The position numbers and the translations under genes are program-made. The notes under the pieces are model-generated. The model saw only the letters and a program-made list of their open reading frames with translations, searched no databases and was not told the origin of the DNA. A stretch of 64,000 nt of DNA from Phoronis australis (lineage: Eukaryota; Animalia; Phoronida), in NCBI GenBank assembly GCA_002633005.1, contig NMRA01000219.1:605593-669592 (forward strand). The letters are read 5' to 3'. Shown piece by piece: positions 52,678 to 64,000 of this stretch; positions within the stretch are counted from its first letter, which is position 1, and every line of letters begins with the position of its first letter.

Positions 52678-52768
52678 ATGGACGGTCACGGGCAACTGAG
52701 TTCCCTTACTGTTCCCAACAAAATGGTGAAGATGGATCAAAACGGGGTTGTGCAACCGTTGTTAACAG
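52678..52768 (+). CDS. NAPRT: Nicotinate phosphoribosyltransferase, first coding exon
   Basis: MDGHGQLSSLTVPNKMVKMDQNGVVQPLLT(D), GT donor at 52769; 'NGVVQPLLTD' is the invertebrate NAPRT N-terminal motif preceding LYQITM. Confidence 0.8.
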
Positions 52769-54378
52769 GTTTGTCAAAATAGTGGCACTATGGTCTCTTT
52801 CTCCAACGCCTTATTTTTGCCATCTTGTTAGGTGACCGAAGACAAACGAAGGTCGAATTTTTGACGAGCTTTGCCGAGTCGGACCAAAAGCAGACATATG
52901 ATTTGGTAGTCGGATATAGCGACCCCTAATTAAGAGAACCAGTTTCGTCCACTCAGTAAAGGGTCCATTATTCACTGGTTGAGTGGTTCTCAAAATCAGG
53001 GACCACTTTATCGTGTGTCCGGGCACATTTATCGTTGGCTGATAAAATGTGCCAGACATGCCTACCGACTACACCAGCGTAGGGCATTAGACTAGGAAAT
53101 TCATGAACATTCGGACGAAACTACCTAACTCAACTTGCTAATGTGCTACTGTCACTGAAGGTTAACATTAAACTAGCAAACCCATGAATTCTGCCGCTAC
53201 TTCTCCAAACTTTCTACATTCTATAAAATTGCCCATCAGTACAGCGCCATTCCAGGCTATTGTATCCCTCATAGTGTACACCTATACATGTAGATAGCCA
53301 CCTCAGTGTCGAACGGCATACCTGCAAAATTTCTTCTTGCGCTCTTCAACAGTCTCATTGGTGCTACCTTTCTGGATCACTTCCAGTGAGCACTTCTCTC
53401 ATGTTAGTCGTCATAACACTTCGTTCACATTGCACTGCACCCTCACACTACACATATCACCATGGAAAGTTTTGTAACATGCACCACTTCAGAATCCTCT
53501 ATTTCGAGTGTTTCTAGAGAGATACTAGAGATAGAGATATGTCAGCTAATAACATAGCTGCAAATCTTTTAAGAAATCAACTAACAAGACTCGAACGTTA
53601 TAACTTCGGCGTTTGAATTTCAAGAATGATGACAATGTTCAGAATTGTGGAAATTCGGATAGCAGGAGGCAAGTTGGGCACAGCCTTGGGGAAATCCGGT
53701 CTAGCAAATTCTGTACAGGTAAAATTTTGACAAAATATACATATATACATTATATTATTGCAAAAAATGATTATAGGTATCCATAACGCTAAATCGTCAT
53801 GAGAGACCGTCCGGAGTTAGTATATGGTGCAACTCCGGACGGTCTGGGGTCAACAGAAAACCACAGTTCAACTGTGAGTCTATATATACCAATGTGGTAA
53901 ACGAGAGTTGTTCTACTTGCTGCATCAGCTGCAGGTATGCTTATCTCTTTTATGACACACAACGTTTGACTAGGCAAAGCGTTTCCAAAATAATGTGGAT
54001 AAATCAGTGGAGTGTGAGACCCCTGAGGTCCCTGTCAAGTCCTCACGACAATTTTACGTTATGAGTAGCGTGAACATAGAGCGAATAATTATTAAAATTT
54101 GACTGAGAAGTCTTCATGCCAAGAATTGTACGATGACACAAAAACCAACTGGTGCTTGATGGTTTGGTAATATTGACCCAATTATGTTGCAAAAACTGTA
54201 GAATTCATATGTGGTATGACAACACTGTGCAAACATTTTAGGTTATGAGTCTTATTTCTTGTCCGATTTTCGAATTCAAAAAACCTCATCCCATGTACTT
54301 TTCATGAACTATTTAGATATGCTATTTAAAAACTTTCAAAACAAAAATTTGAAAATATCATTGTTGCCCCCCCCCCCN

Positions 54379-54482
54379 GTTTATGATGAGTCTGATTGGC
54401 TAGAGAACGACAACATCAGCACCCTGAGGCGATGTAAACTACAACAGCATAGTGTCTTTGATCAATGCTGGCAGATTCCGAG
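54379..54482 (+). CDS. Partial exon of an unidentified gene, directly after an N
   Basis: Open frame VYDESDWLENDNISTLRRCKLQQHSVFDQCWQIPR, AG|GTATGC donor (phase 2); not NAPRT-like. Confidence 0.45.
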
Positions 54483-55361
54483 GTATGCAAACTGGTTGTT
54501 AGTTGAGTTGGCCATCCTCGCATGATTTGATCAAAAAACGGGTGTTTGAATTTCCTCTCCAACTTTTTTGTATGCTATGGGGAAATTTGGACACCTGGCT
54601 ATAGGCTACCATACTGTTTTCTCAATGCTTTTCCGAGAGATTTTCATACTCACGTGATAACCTCTCTGTGTTAAGAGGTCAATTCATATTTAAATTTTCA
54701 ACAACATATAGTGCTGCTTACCACAACTTTTTAATGGAGCACACTCTATGGCATCGTTAATATGGCCAGGACATGATGACTTCTTAAATTTTATTATACG
54801 CCTCGTGTTGACACGGCTGAATGATACCTATAATCATTTTTTGAAATAATTAATTACTATTATATGCTTTGTGTTTGCTTACAATTTGCTATTGAACCTG
54901 TCCAAAATAAAATTCTGATCATCCAAGATGGCGGCTCTTTAAAACTAATAGGCTTGCGGAATGACGTATGAGTCTCGTGAATTGTCGTCTAGTCGCTATG
55001 TTATGACTCTGGTGAAGTCTTTTCACTGTTCCGAACTAGAGAACATTTATCACAAGAACAGTCCACCAGGGGGATAAACAGTGCAGATTCACCAGCTGAA
55101 TGCCTGTTTGGCAGTCAGATTGCCTTTCCGCCAATTAGCCAGCCTATATGATGGTGCTTATGCTTGAACTACATAGAATTATTGTGTGTATTACCAGGGT
55201 ATTTCCCAGAAGTGGGTGTTGTAGCTTATTCATTTCTTAGAAAAATGTGTGAATGAACACTACCGCAGTCAATTTTCCATTGTGTAGTATTGCAAACTAA
55301 GATAAAAACAGCTCTCTTTAAGAATGAATGACATTTATGTTACCTTTGGTTTTGTCTTTAG

Positions 55362-55380
55362 GAAGGAGTGGACGGTTTGA
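55362..55380 (+). CDS. Putative terminal exon of the same unidentified gene
   Basis: ttttgtctttAG acceptor, phase 2, (R)KEWTV then TGA TGA TGA TAA. Confidence 0.4.
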
Positions 55381-56595
55381 TGATGATAAAAAAATCAGGG
55401 CTTACGTAGACCCTGGGGTGCTCGGTTTTATTTTTGGATATTTAAGGCAATCTCTGCTATGAGCAGTAACACTGTGAAGGGATGTTGAATCCTGCTTTTG
55501 GTTCGTGAAAAGAACGAAGAAACATTGGTGGCCTTCATGTAGGTGTTAATGATATGTGTGACGCTGCTGTTCTGAAAGGCTTTTGTTGTAAGGAATGTTG
55601 ACTGATGCTTGTCTTTCAGTATCCTTATATTCTGAGGCATATCTTCACGTGCTCAGTGGGGAGGCCCTTAAAAGAACATTATTGGTTTTACAGCTGAAAA
55701 AAAAAGGATTTTTTCTGGATGGACTTTTTGGAAGAAGTAACTTTGACCAGAGCTATAAAGCAAAATTTGTTGCTTTTGTGATTTTATTACAAATTGCCAA
55801 TTCTCATCGTTGCCGGTCAGACATTCGCTGGAATCAAGGGGTGGGGGATTGCAGGTTCCAGAAAATCACTTGTGGTTGGGAGTTGAGGAGAAATACTTTT
55901 GTGACTTGTGGCTGCTGAAACTACAAGAAAGTACATAGATCAATACATTCTACACAAATTCTTGTTTTGTGTCTCACTGAAGATAAAAGCATCAGCTAAG
56001 ACAATAGAACAGATTGACTTACTTGTTACTAGACCATACCAGTATGATAACTGTCTAATGTGGTTCATGCACACGCATTTCTGTGTATCAAAGCATTATT
56101 TGAGTACAGTGTCACTCTTCCGGAAGTGGCCCTGTGATGAAAGGTACATATTTCGCTCACAATTCGCTGTTGGTAAGACAGTGCTGTGATTTCCTGGTGG
56201 CAGAATTTTCGCGGTAATTCTGTCCCATGTACAGGAATTACGTAATTGCAAAAAATGGACCAACATCAATATTTTTACCTAAACAATTCTCCCAAACAGG
56301 TACTTTGTGTTGTAGAAAAATGTTATGTTTTAATCTCTGAATTTCGAAATTCTCATACAGTATTGAAAGTCGCTATCTTGGCGGGTATGTTTCTATTGTG
56401 GAGAGGATTGCTGACTTGCTATGCACCCTCTGGAGGCTATTTTAAAATTATTAGCATTGTTCCATTTGGTGGGAATGTTAGATAGTAATCGTCCCTTGTG
56501 TCTGCGCTATATGGGATGAACACGGTGGGCGCATATCAACGCTCCTCGTTGTTCTTGTATTACAAATCATTGTTTCACTGATGTCTGCTAGAAAT

Positions 56596-56670
56596 GTAGT
56601 GTGAGATTTAGGTTGTTGACACAGTGCGTGGTTGGTACTGGAAAGGTTCCGGGTTCAAATCCGTACCTGA
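56596..56670 (+). repeat. Degenerate tRNA-derived SINE head
   Basis: B-box-like ggttccgGGTTCAAATCC at ~56645-56662 with a weak A-box-like tagtgtgagatttagg upstream; no cloverleaf. Confidence 0.3.
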
Positions 56671-59079
56671 TTTCAGAAAATAACTTTTCTTGCCTATAAC
56701 GTCACTTACAAAAAATTATTTTACATGTTGACATTGGTATGAAAAACACTTTTATTAGTTTCAGCAATTTTATGGTAATGCACCTCACAGATTGTGATGT
56801 AATAACGCACCGACTTGGAAATTAGTACACTACAGCAGAATGGTTGTATATGACTTAATGAGAAAGGCTTCTTTTGAATCTAGTTTCATCAGTTTTGGTG
56901 AGATATGCATTTCAAAAGGAGCAGCATTAAGACCAATACTTAGTTATTTTTATTCAGTTTTGATGATGTTGAGAGCTGAAACTCGTGTGTGACATATAGA
57001 TTAGTACCTGAAGTTACAATTTTTTACGGATTTTCTGGGCTGGACGTTTCCTGTCATTTCTCTTATGAAGCAACAAGCACATTAGTCCAAAACAACACAA
57101 TTGGTTTTGGTCTCTACCCCTACTCATTTTGAGGCATGTGATCACTGACTAAAAAAATGNGCCAAGGAGATGTAAAGACCAATGTATCACAGATACTCAA
57201 GCCTAATATAAAATATTGCAGTTTTAATTTTTTTTTTCATTTTCAGCAGTGAGTAAAAAGGGTGTCATCTTTTAATTTAACCACGTATATAATTGAAATT
57301 TGAGTGGAGGTGGCAATCTCAATGACAGAATTAAAAGAACACTTGAAATGGAAGTCTTCTGAACTTGGTTTTTTAAATTCATGTGTTAATCTATTGAAAT
57401 AATAATAAACCCAAGGCATCAAGAAATATTACCTGAAGATGCCAGTGAACATACTATATCAGCTGTTCATTAAGGGAAGTTACTTCTATCATGCTTTGGT
57501 CACTGAGTCATAGAAATCAAAGAACAAATCAGAGTATGATTATGATTTTATCCACAGTTCAAAATTAAAATCAAATGCTTACAGTTGGAATTATATATTT
57601 GGTGTCTACAGTGAAAGCCTTTGAAGGTAGTTGAAGGTTACCGCAACTGTAGATAAGTCACATCTGAAATAACCTCAGTACGGTGAATTTTATATGTGAG
57701 TCAAAATGATCTAATCTTTTACCAAAATAAGTAACTTAGAATGCACAGTATTTTAGAACATTTAAGCATTACAAACGTTATCCAACAACAAGACAAATTT
57801 ACATGATATGAAAGTGGGTATGCCTAACTATTACCATGGAGACCAGGTATTTCCTTACATTCGAATTCGACAAGCATAATTTGAAAAAATAAGAAGTTGC
57901 ATGGAAAAAGGATTGGAGGCTGGAAGCTCCACAATCCAACATGGCCTATTACTCTAATTAAGAGCCTTAAGTTTAATACATTTTGGGCCTTGATAACGTG
58001 AATTCAGAAAGCAAAAAGTTTCAACGCATGTATTGAAAGAACGATTCATACTTAAAATTTAGGAAAATATGAATTGTGTTGTGACACATAATCAAACCTT
58101 GAAGCGCAATTGATTTTCAAAGAAAAAACTTAAGGATTTCAAAACTTTTTCAACTATTTTTAAGCTGAGTGTATGGTCAACTGAATGGGATATTTGTACT
58201 GCAATAACTAGAATATTCCTCATATTTTTGTACATAAACATAAACATTGTGCCAAGTTGCTTTTTGTAGCAGCTTTCATCAAAATTTATCAAAGTTAAGC
58301 TTCACCAAGTACAAAATACCCGATAGAACATGCCCTTCAGTTCAGCAGAAGTCGCCATGTTGTCGGTGCCGCCGGAAATGAGACAGGAATTGTGAGCTTT
58401 TTCATAACTCAATAAGTAACATCTGCTTGCCTGAAATCCAATGAAAACTATTGAATCGCTCAGAATAGTAGGTATAGATCTTTATCGCTAAATTTCATCG
58501 TAAATTATTGGTGAAATTAAATTATGCATGATTTTAAACTCGTAACTTATGCCTTTGTTGTCCAAGATTGCCAACCAGATCCAAACAAGTGACCCAAATT
58601 TCGCCCCCAAAATTTCAATAAATGTGCACTGATTAACCAGATTTTGGATAATTTTTCAATTTTTATTGAGTGGGGTGAATTATCTTTCCGATTATATTGA
58701 AGTATTTTTGCAAATCAAAAAATCGGTTGGACCGCCCTACTCTTACTGTTCATTTGGTCCAGCTAGCGATCGACTAGGCTAAAATTCAATGGATTGCAAC
58801 GACAGGTAACGAGCATCAAGCAATTCAACACATCCACCTACAAACACTTACCGGTATGTAGCAAAAACTGTAATTCAAAGAAAAGCAATCTACTGGTTAC
58901 TTCTAGCACTAATCCTGTCCGACAGTGTCTGTCGATGCTATCCGACGTTTTGAATGTTAGGTTGTTAATACTAGCTCAAGGCCCACTAGCTTCTGGACGG
59001 CATGTACTGTTTCGAATGCTCTCTAAACGTTCACTCATCCTGGTTTACAACCATACTCGGATCACAGGCTGTCGTTCTA

Positions 59080-59254
59080 GAAGCAGTCCATAGAAATATG
59101 TTCACTATACTACTGAATACGGCGACGCTCCACTCGTGTACTTCGCAAAGTAATCTTACTTGCGACGCAGTCTTGGATCAGTGGGAAACTTGTGCAAAGA
59201 TATCCCAGCCCTTGGCGTATTGCCACAGCCTCCAACTACACAATGGTTAGACAT
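59080..59254 (-). pseudogene. Decayed THAP (C2CH) domain, transposon remnant
   Basis: MSNHCVVGGCGNTPRAGISLHKFPTDPRLRRK*DYFAKYT..SPYSVV / SEHISMDCF: CxxxxC, SLHKFP, conserved W mutated to stop, frameshift at CSEHF. Confidence 0.75.
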
Positions 59255-60601
59255 TCTTCTTCAAATATTTACTCCAGTTTAAATCTAAAAGTCCGTCTAC
59301 ATTTGAAAAAATTACTCCTCTTGGCACACAGCAATGGACACTGTGGACTCAGTGAGGCTGACTCTGCAATGATCAGGTCACGTCCCTGCTAACAACTGTA
59401 AATTATTTATGGCTACTCACAAGACCATGTGCATATGTGTCACATTTCAGAGAATTAATGGGCAAAAGTTGCATAATAAACCGATTCTAACAAACACAAA
59501 GATTCCATTTGTGCCAGATAGTCCCAGCCAAGAGTACAAACCTATGGATGGACTCGGCAGTGGTCGGGTCAGGAATTCCTGATGTGTTCCTGATGTGACG
59601 TGTTTCCGAAGATAGCCGAAGTTCAAAATTTTCTGTTCTCAAAATTTTGTGGGGAAGTGGGAGCGTGTTTTACACGAATAATAGAAGAATATGGGGGTTG
59701 AAATAAAAAGGAATGTGGTTTATAAGCAACCTTTATTAACAGTCAACACATGTGTATACATATTAATTACAACTAAATAGCTGTGAACCAATCTCTTTAA
59801 CACGCAAACAGCCATTAATAGAATGGGTCCCAGTGTAGGATTGAATGCTATGCATGTAAGGTATATTCAAGGGAAAGCCACGAAATGGGTGTCAAAATGC
59901 ATTTCTTGTATGGTGCTTGTGATCAAACTGTAGGTTGCAATATGGTATAGCTTTATCTAATTTCTGTGACTCCTGATAGCACTGCAGAAGGTTGACAAAG
60001 TCTGCAATGGCAGGCGAAACAGTGCTTTAAATTCTCAAGGAAGTTCAGAAAGAAATGTGATTTTCCATGTCAACATGTAGTATAGAGTATACCTAATGTC
60101 TGTTAGCTTTTGTTCTTTATTAATCACGCATGTAGCATACTGAAGTCACAAGGCTTGTGGCTGTGCCTGATGTAGTTGTTCCATAGATATTAAAATGGCT
60201 GACAACCTCTGAAGTGTTACGCATTGATTTGATTTGTATTCTGATTTTATTTTAAAGTAATTTTTATGTGCTTCAGCGATTTGATTATTTTGCAGAAAAT
60301 TTTCTTTGTCTGGGAACGACAAATCAATTTAAATTCTACACTAAGATAAATAGAATTTTATACCAGGAAACATATTTGTACAATTAATGATTTCTCAGCT
60401 GTAGTCATTATGGAACAACTGGTGGCTGACAACAGACTCAAACGCTGTTGAAACACTAAAATCAATTCATAACAGCGTGCTAACGAATAAAAGCAAAATG
60501 TCAGAATGATTCTCAGTGAATATAATATTCTTATTGATTTTCAAATTTTGTCTGCTCCTGGAATTGTGCTATGCGTGCTACATTTACTAAATATTTTGCA
60601 G

Positions 60602-60732
60602 TCTTGCGGCTACCAATGCGGCCCGGTTCCGGCTCGCTGCTGGACCCAACATCAAATTGCTGGAGTTTGGTTTGCGACGAGCCCAGGGTCCCGACGGTGG
60701 GTTGTCAGCCTCGCGATACTGCTACTTAGGGG
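60602..60732 (+). CDS. NAPRT: Nicotinate phosphoribosyltransferase, internal exon
   Basis: ttttgcAG acceptor, [49 protein letters not shown] donor; hallmark [13 protein letters not shown]. Confidence 0.95.
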
Positions 60733-60995
60733 GTAAGGTGATACGCGTGATGTATATTCATTCAGTCGCGTGAGGCCAGAATACGCAAGATTTTGTGAGG
60801 TTTCGCCATGATGTACAAGAGGATAATGTAATTTCACTTGCCTTTATTCGCACGCTCATGCTTTTTGAGTAAAGGCTGAGAAACTTAGGTAGCATGCCTG
60901 ATATCACACATTTGCTGGATTCACCACCACATCTCGGATTTGAAATTGGTGATTGTGACTTGACCTGAACTTTCATACTAATGCCAACGCGTCGG

Positions 60996-61101
60996 TAGTA
61001 GTCTGATATAACATGCCCATATTTGGAGAACCAGTTTAATGCCCATTATTCAGTAGAGAAAACTGGTTCTCAAAATGCGGGCACGTTGTATCTGGCTATT
61101 A
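60996..61101. repeat. Palindromic mini-element in NAPRT intron
   Basis: Arms tagtagtctgatataacatgcccatatttggagaaccagttt / aaactggttctcaaaatgcgggcacgttgtatctggctatta. Confidence 0.75.
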
Positions 61102-61675
61102 GCAACGTTTCAATGTAAACAGATTAGATGCTGGTGTAAACAGAGCAATAGATTTTAGATATGATGTTATCACATCACCATCTCGATGCAATTGTACAGT
61201 GTCATGCACTTTGTCAATCTGCAGAGACAACAGCCTAAGTACCCATAAATTTTACTATTGACATTTGGACGGGTTGTTGCAGACATAATGGTTTCAATCG
61301 GTGGCAAAATGAACTGCTTAAAGATAAGGCAGTGAATGGCAGTTTGTAGATATGGCGTGGAATGATCGCCCATATTTCTGTTATTTCGCAATGATGGTTT
61401 CTATCTTGCCACCTTGAGTTTAGACCTATGGTCGACATGGAACAAGATGATCAGGCACAACTTACCCTTACCTCAGAAACGGTTGACAAAAGTTGTCACC
61501 ATTGTCAATTTGTTCCGTATCAGTTCTATTTGCACACATACTCGTTCCATGTCAGTGGCTCCGTGTCAGTTGCGTCGTGTCAACTAGTGTCCTGTAAATG
61601 CAACATAAGTCTAATCTGCTCCTTGTAGCCGTCTACACTAGTGTGGGGCACTAATTTCGGTAATTTCTCTGCTAG

Positions 61676-61791
61676 GTTTTGATGGTACGAGTAACGTGTT
61701 AGCTGGAAAACTGTACGATATTCCCGTCAAAGGCACCCATGCCCACGCCTTCGTCACCTCGTACATAGGCCTGCCCAATCTCGACGTCAAG
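61676..61791 (+). CDS. NAPRT: Nicotinate phosphoribosyltransferase, next internal exon
   Basis: ctgctAG acceptor, [45 protein letters not shown] donor; TSNV and GTHAH motifs; gene continues past window end. Confidence 0.95.
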
Positions 61792-62109
61792 GTGAGCCTA
61801 TGCTTTTTGTTTGACAAGTTTGCAGTGCCATTTCTGTTCCTGTTTGCACCATTGTGAAATTTGGTCACAAGGATACGTATTAAAAAAGTTATGGAATGTT
61901 TCTTTGAATGGATGGCACAAATTATTTTTAAGATCGAATGATTTTTTATTCTGAAGAACCATTTTGTAAAAAATTACTTAACAGTTGTAAGTTAAATGCT
62001 GTGTGTTTGTTTGCCACTCTTTATATCAATGTGGGAGTGTATTGGTGATATGCTTCTTGTCTTGAGGTGCATGATGGAAATTTTTCTCTCTTAGCAATCG
62101 TCCATCTAA

Positions 62110-62689
62110 GGGCTGTTCCAGTAAGATCTGTAGGGAAGGGGGGGGGGAAGGCACCTTTTTTTTCACACCCACCACCCATATTTTTCATATATTTCTTCAG
62201 CCCAACACCTGTAATTTTTTATAAGTTTGAAATGCAACCTCCCGTAATTTTTTGTGTTGTTCTTGTGGTTGACTGCACAGGCGCTTGAGTTTATCTGTTC
62301 CTTGATCGCCACTGACGTCATTCATTATTAAGAAAACATATGCGTCTTATATATGGTTATTACTAATTTAGCCATCGAGAAATTCAAGCGCCTGTGGTTG
62401 ACTGGTGTTATGGGCATGCTGATGGGGAGATCAGAGGGAGTGAAAAAGTCGGAGCTTTTTGCAAGTTGCATTTTTGTTTTAGTTGTTGATTCTGTGCGGA
62501 TTGTTTATAAAACATACTGAAATTACCCACCATCAAACATTTATGGCCCAATGAAACAACAAGGACCTGTAAATTTTTATTTTTTTGAAGTACGACCACC
62601 AGCCATTTCGAATTTAAATCAAACACAACCACCCATAAATTTTTATTTCAATTGCCTTCCCCCCCTCACGGATTTTACTGGAACAGCCC
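62110..62689. mobile_element. PIF/Harbinger-like MITE with TAA TSD
   Basis: TAA|gggctgttccagtaagatctgtaggg ... ccctcacggattttactggaacagccc|TAA. Confidence 0.9.
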
Positions 62690-64000
62690 TAATCCAAGCT
62701 CACACAATGTGCATTCTGGCATGTTTTTGAAAGAACTGGCTGAAGTACCCATACGGGGAAAATTCCACCACAGATTAAATTACTCATTGACCTTTTTACG
62801 GATAGCGAAATTCAATACATGTCCCAGAGCGTAGATTTGTACGATACCTGTCGTCCTATCAGAATTCAGGAAGTGTTTGCCTACTTGATAAACAAAGAGC
62901 TTGATATTGGATTGATGCTATGACTGTTTACTTGCATTTATGGTAAACGGAATTTCTTGCTGCTTGAAGCGCTCTGTAGGTAGATAGAGATTGGCACTGT
63001 TCCTTTGGATGACTGGTATCCTACGTACAATGCTCCGTGAACACCTGTGTACCATATGCATTTAGCATGTGTTTTCATATAAAAATACAGATTAAAGTAT
63101 GAATAGCATGCATGAACGAATAGTGCGCAAGAACGAATAGTGCGCAAAAATGAATAGTAAACAACTACTCACTGGTTGCAAAAAACGTGAATTAGAACAG
63201 CTTAGTTGACCTGCTGATTTGTTACTATTGTGGTATGTAAGACTTCCATCGGTGGACTTCGGGTTATTAGGCAAATTACATAATGAATGTTTGGTGACAT
63301 CCACCCTGTAGTGTTAGAAAGCACTTCTCTGACTGGTTGATTATTCACACTGACTTTGGCTGCCTGAGACAAACGTGGCAGTGTTACTGTCAAAATGGCT
63401 AAGAGTAGGATTGAGATTGATTTTTGAAGAAATATTATCTTTTGGAGGCTGGAGGCGGAGACGTATTATTTTGAAAAATGGCTCACTGCCGCGCAGAATT
63501 GATCATCAATGGTTAATGACAAGTTGTACAAAACTTCTTTCATGCACTCACATGGTGGCAGTATCGACTACTTTGGTATGAAATTGTCTGGGGAAATGCA
63601 CATCAAACTCCCGCATGCTGGTAACTACGGTGGAAGTGGACATGCATTCAATCTTCAGTCCACAGCTGCGTATCAATGATTTCATCAGTAGTGTTTTGAG
63701 AACCAGTTTTCCTCCATTGAATATTGGGCAGTAAACTGGTTCTCAAAAAATTTTACCAGTTTTAGTGACTGGTACTTCTTTATCATCCAGTAGCCCCATT
63801 TTGTTGTGGTGGCAGCATTTTGTGAACCCCGCGGTAGATAGGCCATAGAGGTCAATTCAAGGTCATAGTCGTGTGTTTTTGAACTTGCATCATTTTGTGT
63901 GATATGCTGAGTATCATTATTGGGTCTACATCTCATTTCAATGGATAAAGTTGTTTGAAAGGTAAGAAACTGTAGAGGTACCAACTTAATACTCAGTGCC

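Noticed and set aside
56596-56670. tRNA gene
   Set aside because: Only a B-box-like motif; no acceptor, D or anticodon stems. Kept only as a low-confidence SINE head.

Overview
AT-rich, intron-rich animal genomic DNA, probably a marine invertebrate. Five single-N joins occur at 26427, 27887, 40557, 54378 and 57160. The ORF track is mostly noise; the real genes were rebuilt by hand from GT-AG splice sites and reading phase. (1) The last seven coding exons of a FAM13A/B-family gene (+, 1-6420). (2) A complete 5-exon THEG/SPMAP2-like sperm microtubule-associated repeat protein gene (+, 11160-15507, 261 aa). (3) A gene I do not recognise: five phase-compatible exons, two of them 34- and 38-nt micro-exons, spanning about 30.5 kb on the minus strand (52407->21855). 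It encodes a ~125-aa single-pass membrane protein and has a possible 150-nt cassette exon. (4) NAPRT (+), whose ATG lies 270 bp from that gene's ATG (head-to-head). Exon 1 and two internal exons are visible; the exons in between are missing, probably lost at the N joins. An N-bounded block inside NAPRT carries the apparent 3' end of another unidentified gene. Introns are filled with DNA-transposon derivatives: Harbinger-like, Kolobok-like and hAT-like MITEs, a 450-bp fold-back element, a Tc1/mariner-type element carrying a HIRAN-like ORF remnant, and a decayed THAP domain. Two ~1.5-kb N-adjacent duplications are probably assembly or haplotype artefacts.
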